A DNA stretch of 64,000 nucleotides, taken from contig JAZOVR010000013.1 of the NCBI GenBank assembly GCA_045658785.1, forward strand, positions 13,424-77,423. The letters run 5' to 3'. The notes under the pieces were generated by a model. It worked only from the letters and a program-made list of their open reading frames with translations, did no database searches and was not told where the DNA came from. Every line of letters starts with the position of its first letter. Within the stretch, counting starts at the first letter, position 1. The position numbers were made by a program, and so were the translations under genes. Below are positions 9,961-20,806 of this stretch, piece after piece. This DNA comes from Paludibacteraceae bacterium. GTDB taxonomy: Bacteria > Bacteroidota > Bacteroidia > Bacteroidales > Paludibacteraceae.

Positions 9961-10459
9961 AAGTGGTTAATATTTCCTCCCGTGTAAAATCCTCTCCTAC
10001 CTCTGTTGGGCGACAAGGCACCTCGGCTGGTGCGTGCGCCGCATCAAAAGTAAAATAAGTGCACGTACACTCCACAAGAATCTCCCCCTCTGCACTTCTG
10101 ATTTCGCCATCCACAACGGCAATATTGCGTCGCATCTCGCGCAATCGCGCACGCAACTCCACATACTCTTGTTCTATTGCCACAGGTTTGCGAAACCGTG
10201 TTTCCATTTTGGCAGTTACCCCCGAAGATTGCAACTTATGAAATACAACCCAACCGCATATCTCATCGAGCAACACAGACTGCACACCTCCGTGCAACGT
10301 GTTAATCCACGATTGATAGCAGTCCTTTGGCTTCCAGAAACTAACAACATCTTGTCCATCCTCATAGAAGCGCATCTTTACGCCATACGGGTTGGTTGGG
10401 CAGCAACCAAAACAGTTGTAGCCCTCTGTACCTATCCATGGGTTTTTAATCTCTCGCAT
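9950..10459 (-). CDS. PaaI/hotdog-fold acyl-CoA thioesterase with N-terminal Cys cluster
   Basis: 169 aa. CFGCCPTNP near the N-terminus, and HGGVQSVLLDEICGW, typical of the PaaI-type hotdog fold. Confidence 0.7.
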   Translation of the reverse strand: MREIKNPWIGTEGYNCFGCCPTNPYGVKMRFYEDGQDVVSFWKPKDCYQSWINTLHGGVQSVLLDEICGWVVFHKLQSSGVTAKMETRFRKPVAIEQEYVELRARLREMRRNIAVVDGEIRSAEGEILVECTCTYFTFDAAHAPAEVPCRPTEVGEDFTREEILTTLGV

Positions 10460-11144
10460 GTAACTCCTCCAATAGTTGTTGAAAATTCACATTATTCGGT
10501 TCTTCCGCCAGCAACTCCGCACATAGCGCTATTGCCTCCTCTTTCCTACGCTGTTTGCTTAGGCATTGGATATAGGTCATCTGGACTGCACGCCTATTCC
10601 AGCGCTCGTAGTCAGCACCTGCCACGCCATACAAACTATCCGCCTTTTGAAAATATTCCAAAGCCGCTTTCTTACTGCCAAATGGGCTGTAGAACTCTAC
10701 ATTTCCTTGCATGGACAGCACAAACGGATCATTGGCATTCAACTCCATCGCACGCTGGATATTGCTGAATATCCCTTTGGCGTATTTCATCAATTGACTT
10801 TTGTTCAATGCCAATTGATAGGTGTAAACACTCGCCAAATAGGCGCAATATCTCTCCTCTGGCAATTCGCCTTTCATCGCCTCAAGATGGGTAGCCAAAC
10901 GCTGAATCAACTTTTTACCTTTCTCCACATCGACTCCCAACATATACGCTGAAAAACCGTATTCATAATTCAGCAGCTGCTTCCTCTGCTCCGTATCCAA
11001 ACTGCTCCAATCTGCTGAATCAATATAATGTTCCCACACGCTCATGTCGCGTGTGGTGTATGCCTCATACAACTGCTGGTTCGAGTACTGTGCACAGCAC
11101 AGACTCGAAACCATCAGTAATATGGGCATTAGCAATCGGATCAC
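10446..11144 (-). CDS. Hypothetical secreted helical (TPR-like) protein
   Basis: 232 aa. Signal-peptide-like [19 protein letters not shown]. The GTG start overlaps the pfp stop (GTGA) and the 3' end overlaps the thioesterase start by 14 nt. No motif recognised. Confidence 0.5.
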   Translation of the reverse strand: MIRLLMPILLMVSSLCCAQYSNQQLYEAYTTRDMSVWEHYIDSADWSSLDTEQRKQLLNYEYGFSAYMLGVDVEKGKKLIQRLATHLEAMKGELPEERYCAYLASVYTYQLALNKSQLMKYAKGIFSNIQRAMELNANDPFVLSMQGNVEFYSPFGSKKAALEYFQKADSLYGVAGADYERWNRRAVQMTYIQCLSKQRRKEEAIALCAELLAEEPNNVNFQQLLEELHARD

Positions 11145-12799
11145 TTGCCCTCTTGCTCAAGCATCAAAGTGCGAGTAGGTTGGTCGCACACCTCAGATGG
11201 ACCGTAGTATTGGATTGGACCTGGATAGATGTAGCTGAGTTGTGGGTCAGCCCAATCTGCGCGGTGAGCAGCCAAGTACTTGAATGGCTCGCCGTTGAGG
11301 TCCACCAATGCCTTTTGGATAACTGGTTTCATCTTACCGTGGCGACGCTCCATATTCATCATCATGGTCACAGGTACACCACCTGCTACCCACTCGCAAG
11401 CAGGTTTGGTGAGGTTCTTGACGAGTGCCATGTAGCCAGTCTTGCCCGCTGCGATGAGGTGAGCAGCAGTATTACCGAGGCTGTAGCAGTAGTCTGCATC
11501 GAAGTTAGATGGCATAGCACAACGACCTTCGTAGCCGAAGAAGTGGTTGAGGGCAGCGAACTTGCCAGCGTACTCCTTGGTTGCCTTGAGCTGAGCAAGA
11601 CGTTTTTGTACCATTTCGATGAGCAGTTTCTCGGTCTCGATTTGGCTAACCATCACGTTGCCGTGAGGGTCGCGGTCGAGGGTGAGTTGCTTAGCAATAC
11701 CCTTTGGCAAGCTGCGATAGAGTTCGCAAGAAGCTAGTGTGAGTTTGCTCTTCACGTACTCACGCTTAGCATCATCGCCCTCAAGAGCTGCAAACTCCTC
11801 GTTCTCAGCGAGCATGTCGTTGAGCTCTTGGATGAGCACACGCATAGCAGGGATAAACTCGATAAGACCCTCTGGAATGAGGATTGTACCGAAGTTGAGA
11901 CCTGCAGCAGCACGAGCTACGATTACCTCTACGATTTGCTCTACCACTTCGTTGAGGGTCATGTTCTTAGCCTCTACTTCCTCAGAAATGAGGCACACGT
12001 TAGGTTGAGCTTGGAGAGCGCACTCGAGTGCGATATGGCTGGCAGAACGACCCATGAGGCGGATGAAGTGCCAATACTTCTTAGCGGAGTTAGCATCGCG
12101 TTGGATATTACCGATGAGTTCAGCGAAGGTCTTACAAGCGGTATCGAAACCGAAAGAGGTCTCAATCATCTCATTCTTGAGGTCGCCATCGATGGTCTTA
12201 GGGCAACCGATGACTTGGATACCGCAGTTCTTTTGGAGATAGTACTCAGCGAGTACGCAAGCATTGGTGTTAGAGTCGTCACCACCAATAATCACGATAG
12301 CCTTGATACCAAGCTCGTTGCAAACCTTGATACCGTTGTCAAACTGCCATGTTTCTTCGAGTTTGGTACGACCCGAACCGATGATATCAAAACCACCTGT
12401 ATTGCGATACTCGTCGATGATAGCAGCGTCCAACTCAGCATACTTGCCATCTACCAAACCGCTAGGACCACCAAGGAAGCCATAGAGTTTGTTCTCTGGG
12501 TTGATGCGTTTGAGAGCGTCGAAAAGACCGCAGATTACGTTGTGACCACCAGGAGCTTGACCACCAGAGAGGATTACACCCACGTTGAATGGTGCCACTT
12601 CAACTGCCTCGGCAGCAGGTTCAAACTCGATTACAGGCATTCCGTAGGTGTTAGGGAAGAGCTTTTGAATCTCTTCTTGATCCGCTACGGATTGCGTTTT
12701 TGCGCCTTCTTTGAGGCTTACATTTCCTTGCAAAGCTACTGGCATCTTAGGTTGATACGCAGCACGAGCAATTTGCAAAGGACTCTTTGTCATTGTCAT
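11141..12799 (-). CDS. pfp: Diphosphate--fructose-6-phosphate 1-phosphotransferase (PPi-PFK)
   Basis: 552 aa with [11 protein letters not shown] (Asp form characteristic of PPi-dependent enzymes), PKTIDGD, MGRSASH. Confidence 0.93.
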   Translation of the reverse strand: MTMTKSPLQIARAAYQPKMPVALQGNVSLKEGAKTQSVADQEEIQKLFPNTYGMPVIEFEPAAEAVEVAPFNVGVILSGGQAPGGHNVICGLFDALKRINPENKLYGFLGGPSGLVDGKYAELDAAIIDEYRNTGGFDIIGSGRTKLEETWQFDNGIKVCNELGIKAIVIIGGDDSNTNACVLAEYYLQKNCGIQVIGCPKTIDGDLKNEMIETSFGFDTACKTFAELIGNIQRDANSAKKYWHFIRLMGRSASHIALECALQAQPNVCLISEEVEAKNMTLNEVVEQIVEVIVARAAAGLNFGTILIPEGLIEFIPAMRVLIQELNDMLAENEEFAALEGDDAKREYVKSKLTLASCELYRSLPKGIAKQLTLDRDPHGNVMVSQIETEKLLIEMVQKRLAQLKATKEYAGKFAALNHFFGYEGRCAMPSNFDADYCYSLGNTAAHLIAAGKTGYMALVKNLTKPACEWVAGGVPVTMMMNMERRHGKMKPVIQKALVDLNGEPFKYLAAHRADWADPQLSYIYPGPIQYYGPSEVCDQPTRTLMLEQEGK

Positions 12800-12864
12800 A
12801 CGATTTATAAATTTAAAAAAGTTTTAATAGTTTTAACTGTCTTAAGTGATTTCTAATTCCGCCG

Positions 12865-12896
12865 CAAAGGTACGAAAAATTTACGGAATATGCAAA
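12865..12896 (-). promoter_or_regulatory. -33/-7 promoter of pfp operon
   Basis: The minus strand reads TTTG(CATATTCCGTA...), 20-nt spacer, TACCTTTG (plus-strand CAAAGGTA 12865-12872, CAAA 12893-12896). It shares the 16-mer TACGGAATATGCAAAT with the promoter at 43222-43253. Confidence 0.6.
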
Positions 12897-12901
12897 TGGA
12901 A

Positions 12902-15697
12902 CTACTCCTTTATTTCCTTTATCTTGCTTTTGTATATTTCGAATCCTTTTCTCGCGCAGTATTCCTTTTTCATACCAGCAGGCACATATATTCGAAGCTT
13001 CTTGTTGTACTTTGGATCTCCAAAAGCCTCTCTCCCAATGCTCATCACACCGCGTCCTAAAGTTACAGACTGGAGCTTAGTGGAGGACCACCCACCAAAC
13101 GCGTTATCTGCAATAGTACATACATTCTCAGGAATAACAACCGAAGTCATTCCGCAGTCATAGAAAGCATAGCTACCGATATGCGTCAATGATTGAGGCA
13201 AAGTAACAGATGTGATATATTTGCCATAGCTGAACGCATAATCCTTAATTTCCTTTACCCCCTCAGGAATCACCAGGTCAGTCACCTCCTTGTTGTCAAT
13301 ATACAAATGCGTCCACCTACTCAATGGATTAGAGGATAGGTACCGAAATTCAATAGTACACCAACTAGTAATATCGCCCATATAGTTCACTCGCTCCAAT
13401 TTGTAACAAGTCTCATACGCACTAGCTCCAATAGTTTTTATGCTTGCTGTTAGGGTCACTGATTCTAATGATTTCATACCACGACAAAATTCCTCTCCAA
13501 TATATTCCACTCCCTCTCCAAAGGTAATTGATGTTATTGTTTTATTCCATCTAAACGGAGAAAAAGCATCCTTTGATTGCCAAGAATCACTCGTCGGATT
13601 CCAAACCACAGATTTGAGAGAAGAACCTTCAAAAGCCCAACCATCAATATCATTAACATTTTGAGGAATGGTAATGGATTTCAATGAAGAACATCCCTCG
13701 AATACCCGCGAATCAATGCTTGCCAAACTATCTGGCAGCATAACAGATTCAAGAGCAGAACATCCTTCAAAGGTTTTATAATCGATTATTTTAACGCCAT
13801 TGGGTATCACAATGCTTTTAAGCTTACTACAATAACAAAAGGCATTTGAACCTATCCTTATAATACTTTCAGGTAGCTTAATTGATTCTAAAGCTGAACA
13901 TGACAGAAAAGCATGATTATCTATCGCAACCACACTATATTCGCATTCCTCCCAAGTAATAGTTTCAGGTATCACGATGTTTGTCACTCGATATTCATCA
14001 ACCACATCATCTACTTCTACCATAGACTCGTCGCCCCCATAATATCGACTGAATTTCAAGTCTCCAATCGTTACTGGATCAGCGGGGAATGGTTTGGCTG
14101 GTCGGACAACGCCTTTTTTCAAGCTATACTTGACCGTCTTCTCCTTATTCTCTTGCAAATTGACTTTCAGTTCTTGCTTCTGATAGCCCGACTTCGTTAC
14201 TCGCACGGTGTGTTCACCCACCAACATATCGTTTACCACCAAGGGCGATACTCCCACGCGATTGCCATCCACATACACCGTAGCATCCGCTGGTGAGCCA
14301 TTGACAATCAGGGTGGAATACATCGGTATAGGAGCATTGAGCGTAAAGGTCTTACCTGCAGATGATGTAGTTACCTCCACATTGGTGTAGGCAGACTTAT
14401 GGCTTGCCAAGCGGGTCTCTATCACGTACTTACCTATCTCCAGTGTACCAGTCCAGCGACCTGTTCCCAGGCGCTTATTATCCAACCATATCTCCGCTTC
14501 CGCTTTCGTTTGCAGGGCGATTTGCGAGTAGTTAGATATCAGAGAAGGCGTCAGCGTGTGCGATTTGTTCTCCGCAATGGTGATGGTGGTGGAATAGTCC
14601 TTGTACTTATCCTTATATATATCAATTAGGTATTCACCCGCCGTCAAACTCTTTTGGCTGATAGGTATCGTACCCCATTGCGTTCTCTCTTTCGTCTTTT
14701 GATTGGTGACGTACACGAAAGCCCCTTTGGAGGTGGCATTGCCATTGATACTTAGCCAGCCAAAGGTAGGCTTCAGTTGGACTGTGGTAGCAGATTTCTT
14801 GCCCTCTGCCACCACTACAGAGGTAGTAAATGGATGATATTGATCGCGGATGACCTCGATGGTGTAGTTGCCAGCCATCAGTTCCTTGCCATCTACAGGA
14901 ATCATTCCCAGTTGTATCTTCTCGTGGGTCGCTTCCGAAGTGGCATACACCATAGCCCCTTGTTCGTTTTGACTACCAATAACACTTAGCCAACCAAATT
15001 TAGGTTGGAGCGTCACAGTCTTTTCTGTCTGTGTGTCCGATACCGTGATAGTTCCTTCCTCGGCATGGTATCTATTGGCAGATATCCGATAGCGGTAGGT
15101 TCCCCAGTCTAAGTGTTCGCTTGCGATACCCTCTTCGACCTGCCATGGTTTGAACACATTGCCCTCTTTTGCCACCTCTACGATTGCATCCGCAGGCGTA
15201 ATACGGAACTTGAAGTACTGACGTTTAGGAGCTCGAGTCGTCGCTACTTCGGGATCTTGCATGGGGATATAATGCACCCTGCCAGTATATATCCTATTGG
15301 AACGCAGAGTAGGTTCGTCCAAGATCAATTTCTTCTCGCAACCATGTCCACAAAGCAAATAGACCTTGCTTACTGAGGAAGGCACCAGAAACAAAATCTC
15401 GTTATCGGTATCCGTATTCTTGGCCTCTATACCACGACTACGCAAGTCCAGCGAAAGGTTGTCGATGGCATCAATGACGTCTCTGCCAGTTCCCTCAAGT
15501 ATAATACGAACCACCGCATATGGGAAGGGGTCGTCATAATCAGGCATCTCAAAGTCGCCAAACTCGTTTTTGTATTTTGAAAGTACGCTCGTGTACTCCT
15601 CTATCTGAAAGTTCTGCTTGATTTGCACCTCTTGTGCGAAGGCCCATGTTGCTATCGCAGCCACAGACAACAGCAAGAATAATCGCTTCATATGCAC
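12902..15697 (-). CDS. Secreted multi-domain protein: PEGA-like beta-sandwich repeats plus C-terminal BspA-type leucine-rich repeats
   Basis: 931 aa with signal peptide MKRLFLLLSVAAIATWAFAQ. Internal repeats (..KPKFGWLSVIG.. / ..KPTFGWLSING..). PEGA-like VYVDGNRVGVSPLVVNDMLVGEHTVRVTKSGYQ. C-terminal third contains repeated ..AFxxCxxLxSIxIPxxV..I.. LRR_5/BspA-type units. No T9SS C-terminal domain seen. Confidence 0.75.
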   Translation of the reverse strand: MHMKRLFLLLSVAAIATWAFAQEVQIKQNFQIEEYTSVLSKYKNEFGDFEMPDYDDPFPYAVVRIILEGTGRDVIDAIDNLSLDLRSRGIEAKNTDTDNEILFLVPSSVSKVYLLCGHGCEKKLILDEPTLRSNRIYTGRVHYIPMQDPEVATTRAPKRQYFKFRITPADAIVEVAKEGNVFKPWQVEEGIASEHLDWGTYRYRISANRYHAEEGTITVSDTQTEKTVTLQPKFGWLSVIGSQNEQGAMVYATSEATHEKIQLGMIPVDGKELMAGNYTIEVIRDQYHPFTTSVVVAEGKKSATTVQLKPTFGWLSINGNATSKGAFVYVTNQKTKERTQWGTIPISQKSLTAGEYLIDIYKDKYKDYSTTITIAENKSHTLTPSLISNYSQIALQTKAEAEIWLDNKRLGTGRWTGTLEIGKYVIETRLASHKSAYTNVEVTTSSAGKTFTLNAPIPMYSTLIVNGSPADATVYVDGNRVGVSPLVVNDMLVGEHTVRVTKSGYQKQELKVNLQENKEKTVKYSLKKGVVRPAKPFPADPVTIGDLKFSRYYGGDESMVEVDDVVDEYRVTNIVIPETITWEECEYSVVAIDNHAFLSCSALESIKLPESIIRIGSNAFCYCSKLKSIVIPNGVKIIDYKTFEGCSALESVMLPDSLASIDSRVFEGCSSLKSITIPQNVNDIDGWAFEGSSLKSVVWNPTSDSWQSKDAFSPFRWNKTITSITFGEGVEYIGEEFCRGMKSLESVTLTASIKTIGASAYETCYKLERVNYMGDITSWCTIEFRYLSSNPLSRWTHLYIDNKEVTDLVIPEGVKEIKDYAFSYGKYITSVTLPQSLTHIGSYAFYDCGMTSVVIPENVCTIADNAFGGWSSTKLQSVTLGRGVMSIGREAFGDPKYNKKLRIYVPAGMKKEYCARKGFEIYKSKIKEIKE

Positions 15698-15713
15698 CCG
15701 TTTTCTCTAACGA

Positions 15714-18185
15714 TTAATACACCAACTTATCATAGTCATTCATTGTAAAGTGCTTGTCAGGTTGCCATGCACGCACACGAATCATAGGATGCTCGCTATC
15801 GCTGGTATCAATGAGCAAGAATAGATAACCCTGGTCGCCATAGTTGTTAGAGAAATAGTCTTGTGCCAGACTGATACCATACAAATCATCGTTGCGACTC
15901 TGCTCTAATTTGGTGTCTCCAAACTTGATATTGATCCACTCTTTTCTCGTTCGCTTGAGTCGTGCAATATACTCCTTTTTCGATGTTCTCTCATAGACTA
16001 CCTCTTCCCGATTGAGGAATTGTGCTTGCGCATGGTCCGTCACCACATTTTCTGCTTTCTTCACTACACGTCCAGTGATGATGATCGCATCATCGGAGAA
16101 GATGGATGCGATGTAATTCCAGTTTTGCATAGCAAAAGCAGTCTTGTAGTTCTCCATAAAGTTTATCAACGTAAGTCGTGCTGTCTCGTCGATGTTTTTA
16201 AAGCCCATGAAGCTTCGCGCAGCGCGTTCCTCAAGGGTGAACTGCACACCATCAATGAGATTATCTTTGAAGGTAAATGCCACATTCTCGTATTGCGTTG
16301 TTCCGTGAGAAAAAGAGAACGCCATCGGGATACTTCGACACTGCACTTCGTCTCCCATTCGTATAAATCGATAGCCTTCGGCAGTGATTATACGTGCTTT
16401 GCCATATTTGATCAAGCGTTCGAACTGTTTGTATCCTACAGGTGTAAAGATTTTGGCATCGTATGTATATTGTTGCTTGCTGATGGCAGCGCATACCGCA
16501 GCGATAGTTTTCGCCATCTGCATCGAATCAGCAGCCGAAACTCTGTGACTATCTTCACACACCAACTTCGCCACGATATTTCGGTGGATATCGGTAGAAG
16601 TATGTGTATGAGCCATGATGTTCGTATTATCCGAAATAGGTTTCTTGACCACAGGTACAGTCTTGTCGGCATATTGGTCATAGCGATAGGATGCTTGGTA
16701 TTTGTCAAATAGCAAAGGCAGTTCGGGGTCAAACTGCATCTCATCTTCGCACTGATAGTCCAGCAACACGTGTATTTGCTTAGGTGTGTTATTTTCAGGC
16801 AAGAAGGCTTGTCCCCAGCCGTTGATGAGTTTCGTATTTGCGCTCCACCCATCGTTGGCGTTATACTTATATCCGATATTGCTAATAGGCTCTCCGTGGT
16901 AGTAGAAGCTGAGTTTGAGTTCATCTTCCGAATCGTTCATGGTACCATCGCATGTCACCACGACATCCGTCAGTACCGATTGGATCTTAGCAGGCAGATA
17001 GTCTTTGGCATATTCCTCGCTACCGTCGGCTAACTGGAGCTTGACTTCACTTTGCGTCTTAAAATCAAGATCTGCCAACAACAGTTGCGCAGCATAGAGA
17101 TGTCGCAACACATCTCCAATTGCATTTTTGCTCTTATCTAATCCGTTCTCAGCACGCTTCACGTATTCGTGGATTTTGTCTATCTTCAATTGTTGTGGTA
17201 TCTGCCCAAGCAAGTTTCTATTATTCAATGTCTGCTGTTTGATGTCGTCATACTCTTCCTTTTCGTCGATATACGAATCCTCGTCGGTATGTGCGCCAAG
17301 GAATAGGAAGATGGCATCCATATCTCTTAGTTTCTTGAGTATTCGCTGATAGGACGCATCGGCATCAGCCAGTTCGTTGGAGCGGATATGTCCATCGGCA
17401 TTGTCAAGGAAATTGCGACAATGCTCAAGTTCCTCGCCCAAGCGTTTTTTGTAGTATCTTACGGCTATTCGCTTTTCGACATACGCCACAGCATGTCCAA
17501 CGGTCTTATCATTGATTTGTACCTTGACCTCAATGTCCTTGGTCAGTAGCGTATCATTGGTCATGAGTGCTTTTTCGAGTGCGCTTCTCACCTCGTTGTG
17601 CAGATTATCTTGAAAAGTCTTGTTCTCACCTCTCGTCATAGAGCGCTTGACTAGTTTGGCGATATACTTATCCGTCTCATATTCAGCCCATTCCACAGGT
17701 CGCACCTGTGCCCAATCCACCTCGCCACTGCGCATATCGCCGCACTCGGTAAACTCGGTGTATTCGGGTTTGACAAGTCCATTGAAAGCCACTTGGCAGA
17801 GCAAATAGGCTCTGACAGCCCCATTAGGCAATGCCTCAAAATGCTTGCATACTACGCGCAGAGGTATCTTGAAGTTCACATCTTTTAGTTTGAGTTCTCC
17901 CCCCTTCCGTGCCTCTTCCAAGTCTGCTGTATTCATACCTACGCCCAACGCATGCAGGGCATTCTGCCAAGCGGCAATCTCAGCGCCATTGAAAGCAGCC
18001 TCCTCGGTAGCGGCAGTATGAGTGGTTACTTCAAATCGATAGGTGCCATTCTCTGCTTTGGGAGTAGTAGTTACCCATGCTGGCAGTTCTGCCGCAACAG
18101 CTTCGACAGCCAGCAACATCACGATGACCAATGACCATGCCTTACAAATACCATGAGATAGATTTTTTTTCATTTTTCTAATCAT
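15714..18185 (-). CDS. Hypothetical envelope protein, LPP20-like N-terminal region and NTF2/SnoaL-like C-terminal region
   Basis: 823 aa with N-terminal hydrophobic anchor (AWSLVIVMLLAVEAVAA). ELPAWVTTTP resembles the LPP20 lipoprotein motif. The C-terminal ..FMENYKTAFAMQNWNYIASIFSDDAIIITG.. resembles NTF2-like folds. Only 16 nt separate it from the PEGA/LRR gene. Confidence 0.55.
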   Translation of the reverse strand: MIRKMKKNLSHGICKAWSLVIVMLLAVEAVAAELPAWVTTTPKAENGTYRFEVTTHTAATEEAAFNGAEIAAWQNALHALGVGMNTADLEEARKGGELKLKDVNFKIPLRVVCKHFEALPNGAVRAYLLCQVAFNGLVKPEYTEFTECGDMRSGEVDWAQVRPVEWAEYETDKYIAKLVKRSMTRGENKTFQDNLHNEVRSALEKALMTNDTLLTKDIEVKVQINDKTVGHAVAYVEKRIAVRYYKKRLGEELEHCRNFLDNADGHIRSNELADADASYQRILKKLRDMDAIFLFLGAHTDEDSYIDEKEEYDDIKQQTLNNRNLLGQIPQQLKIDKIHEYVKRAENGLDKSKNAIGDVLRHLYAAQLLLADLDFKTQSEVKLQLADGSEEYAKDYLPAKIQSVLTDVVVTCDGTMNDSEDELKLSFYYHGEPISNIGYKYNANDGWSANTKLINGWGQAFLPENNTPKQIHVLLDYQCEDEMQFDPELPLLFDKYQASYRYDQYADKTVPVVKKPISDNTNIMAHTHTSTDIHRNIVAKLVCEDSHRVSAADSMQMAKTIAAVCAAISKQQYTYDAKIFTPVGYKQFERLIKYGKARIITAEGYRFIRMGDEVQCRSIPMAFSFSHGTTQYENVAFTFKDNLIDGVQFTLEERAARSFMGFKNIDETARLTLINFMENYKTAFAMQNWNYIASIFSDDAIIITGRVVKKAENVVTDHAQAQFLNREEVVYERTSKKEYIARLKRTRKEWINIKFGDTKLEQSRNDDLYGISLAQDYFSNNYGDQGYLFLLIDTSDSEHPMIRVRAWQPDKHFTMNDYDKLVY

Positions 18186-18211
18186 TTATAGTGTTAAACT
18201 TTCATTATATT

Positions 18212-20806
18212 TCATGCTTGACAGAGTTGTGCAAAAGCACAATTCTCACACGTTTTCTGTTTCGGAGCGGGATAAAACGGTATATTCATATCATAAATCT
18301 CCTTGAGCAGGCTGTGTAATTCTGTTTCGAAATCCTGTTTGAGTTCCTCGTTCCACGATAGTGGCATGCCCGTTCCCTTGTAGCAAGCGGCAGTAGGTGT
18401 GGTGAGGTCGCCCAACTTGCGCACAGGATATAGGTGAGGCACCAGATTCTGGTAGCGTTCTTCCGAAAGCCAACAATACATGAGCGTTTGCAAAATCTGC
18501 TTACTGCATTTACTGCGTATCATCAGCGCATCTTCCGCCGAATCGACCACCCCAAACACCTCTGGCATAGAGGTAAAAAGCAGGTCGGTAGCACCCGCCT
18601 TATAGTCCACTATTCTTGTTTGTCCCGCTTTGCTATCCACCCTATCTACTACGCCATGGAAGAGTAGTTCTCTGCCTTCCAAATGCAACGTGCGTTTGAG
18701 ATACAACTCCGAAGCGAGGTATTGAAATGGCGTTTGGGTGTAATCATAATTCAACGTCTGAATGACATATGTACGAACCACTCGCTCAGCAAGTTGGTCG
18801 CCTTGAAGGTCATGGAGCGATGGTAAAGCGTACCAAAAAACATCATCCTGCACTTGATGCAAGAGGGTTTGTATATCCTGTTGCGTTAGATTCTTTCCAA
18901 CGAAAGGCTGGTACAAATGTTGCATCGTGGCATGCAGTACAATGCCCAATGTTCGATCGCTCACCAGCACCCTCTCATCCGCTTGAGGCTCTTGCAAGCC
19001 CAGCACATATTGATAATAGAACCGCTTTTGACAGGTCAAATAAGTCGTCAACGCAGTTGCAGATAGTTTATGCAGATTCTGAAGACGCTCATCCTTCGCT
19101 ATGGGTTGAATGTCAGCATTTTGAGACAAGACCAGTTGGTTTGTCACCACAATCTTTTTCACCTCTATTCCATACTGCAATGTCAGCTGCTGCATATAGC
19201 GCGACACTTCGCCCGAGTGTTGCCCATCGACTGAGGAATTGGTAATCAACCATACACGTTTGGCATAGGTAAGCATGCGATAGAAGTTATAGGCAAAAAT
19301 AGCATCCTGGCGTTCAGATGTAGGCATATCAAAACCTCTACGAAGTGTATAAGGGATAAAACTATTACCTGTAGCGCGTCCAGGATACAATTCGTCATTG
19401 AAGCCAGTAATAATCACATTATCAAAAGCCAAAGCACGTGTCTCCAGCACACCCATCACCTGCAAGCCATCCAGCGGTTCGCCTGCGTAAGCAACAGTAC
19501 TTTCTAAAGTCAACATCTTGAGCAGTTGCTGCATATCCGCCACAGAGAAAGTTATCCGCGCATATGCTTCTAACGCAGCATGCAAGCGGTCGATTACCTT
19601 GGTCAATTGATAGATTCCTTCCGAATTTTCAGGAGTGTGCAGGGTAACTAAATATTGACGCATCTGAGACAAGAACGCAGCAGCACTTTCAGGCATGGGG
19701 TGCAGTACCGTTTCTGGATATGCTACTGGCATATAAAGCGACATCGCTCGAAGCGGATATCCCATCGTCACATTGATCTTGCTGACATTTTCAGGAAACG
19801 CACTCAAAAGAGGTATCAACAGTTGCTCATCTGGCAGCACCACCGCAGTGTGGGTCAAATCTACCGAATCCTTTGGAATATTCTCCGACAGAATACGATG
19901 CACCTCATGCACTTCACCCACAGTAGAGGGGACGGAAATACAATTTATCTCTGGTGCTACATATTCGCAGGGAGGGAGCAAATACCTAGCGTGAAACAGA
20001 CGGCGATTCTCCTCCAAAAAGAGAGAAGCTCTATTTTGCGGATCAGAAAGAAAAGGACCATCGTAATCAAAATAAAAATCAGCTCTGCCCATCGCCTGCA
20101 AGCGCAGCATCAGTTCGCGCTCAGATGCTGTCAAAGCGTTGAACCCAATAAACACATACTGACCGCTGAAGCGCGCAGGAGCAATCGTATCCCAATGCTC
20201 TATCACCTCACGATGCAGCATACCCTCATAGGCTATCCCATCACGCAACAAACTATCCCGCAATGCCCTATACAACGGATAAAGAATATCCCATGTATGC
20301 AAAAAACGAGTATGCAATGTACCATGCGCATGGCGCTCATCCGATACATGAAACTCCTTCCAAAAACGTGCCAACGCATTGCGCTGATTTTCTGTCAAAT
20401 AAGTAAAATGTTCATCTATCCTATGCCAATCACGTACCGATGAAAACAAAGCCTCTACGTGCTCTACCAGATGATTGTCTATCTCTGAAAAATCCGCCAA
20501 CATCATTTTGCCCCAATAGATAAAACGCTCCAGCGGCTCTGCATCAGGACGCAATTGAGTATATTCCTCGTACAAGCGGAGCAACAACGTCAGCGAATCA
20601 GCTACCTGCAAATCCGTCAACTCAGCAAAACACTCATTGATTGTCATAATACGAGGGGAGAATAGTGGCTTATCTACACACTCAGACAGATACTTGCGGA
20701 AGAAGAGTCCCGCACGATGATTGGGAAAGACAAACGTATAATGCTGCAAATCAGCACCTAACTCCCCAAAAAAAGTCCTTGCTATAGATTGTAGTTTACT
20801 CTGCAT
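18212..20806 (-). CDS. PD-(D/E)XK nuclease family protein, AddB-like
   Basis: 864 aa. C-terminal nuclease motif ..GVVDRVD...IVDYKAG.. and terminal Cys cluster CENCAFAQLC, as in AddB/RecB-type nuclease domains. No Walker A. No AddA/UvrD partner in the window. Confidence 0.75.
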   Translation of the reverse strand: MQSKLQSIARTFFGELGADLQHYTFVFPNHRAGLFFRKYLSECVDKPLFSPRIMTINECFAELTDLQVADSLTLLLRLYEEYTQLRPDAEPLERFIYWGKMMLADFSEIDNHLVEHVEALFSSVRDWHRIDEHFTYLTENQRNALARFWKEFHVSDERHAHGTLHTRFLHTWDILYPLYRALRDSLLRDGIAYEGMLHREVIEHWDTIAPARFSGQYVFIGFNALTASERELMLRLQAMGRADFYFDYDGPFLSDPQNRASLFLEENRRLFHARYLLPPCEYVAPEINCISVPSTVGEVHEVHRILSENIPKDSVDLTHTAVVLPDEQLLIPLLSAFPENVSKINVTMGYPLRAMSLYMPVAYPETVLHPMPESAAAFLSQMRQYLVTLHTPENSEGIYQLTKVIDRLHAALEAYARITFSVADMQQLLKMLTLESTVAYAGEPLDGLQVMGVLETRALAFDNVIITGFNDELYPGRATGNSFIPYTLRRGFDMPTSERQDAIFAYNFYRMLTYAKRVWLITNSSVDGQHSGEVSRYMQQLTLQYGIEVKKIVVTNQLVLSQNADIQPIAKDERLQNLHKLSATALTTYLTCQKRFYYQYVLGLQEPQADERVLVSDRTLGIVLHATMQHLYQPFVGKNLTQQDIQTLLHQVQDDVFWYALPSLHDLQGDQLAERVVRTYVIQTLNYDYTQTPFQYLASELYLKRTLHLEGRELLFHGVVDRVDSKAGQTRIVDYKAGATDLLFTSMPEVFGVVDSAEDALMIRSKCSKQILQTLMYCWLSEERYQNLVPHLYPVRKLGDLTTPTAACYKGTGMPLSWNEELKQDFETELHSLLKEIYDMNIPFYPAPKQKTCENCAFAQLCQA

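Noticed and set aside
18212-20806. PD-(D/E)XK nuclease next to unknown large genes, considered as a possible defence system.
   Set aside because: Its size, N-terminal helicase-like inactive region and C-terminal nuclease with a Cys cluster match the housekeeping AddB-like recombination protein of Bacteroidota. There is no ATPase, methylase or toxin-like partner, and the neighbouring proteins have signal peptides or anchors, so they are envelope proteins.
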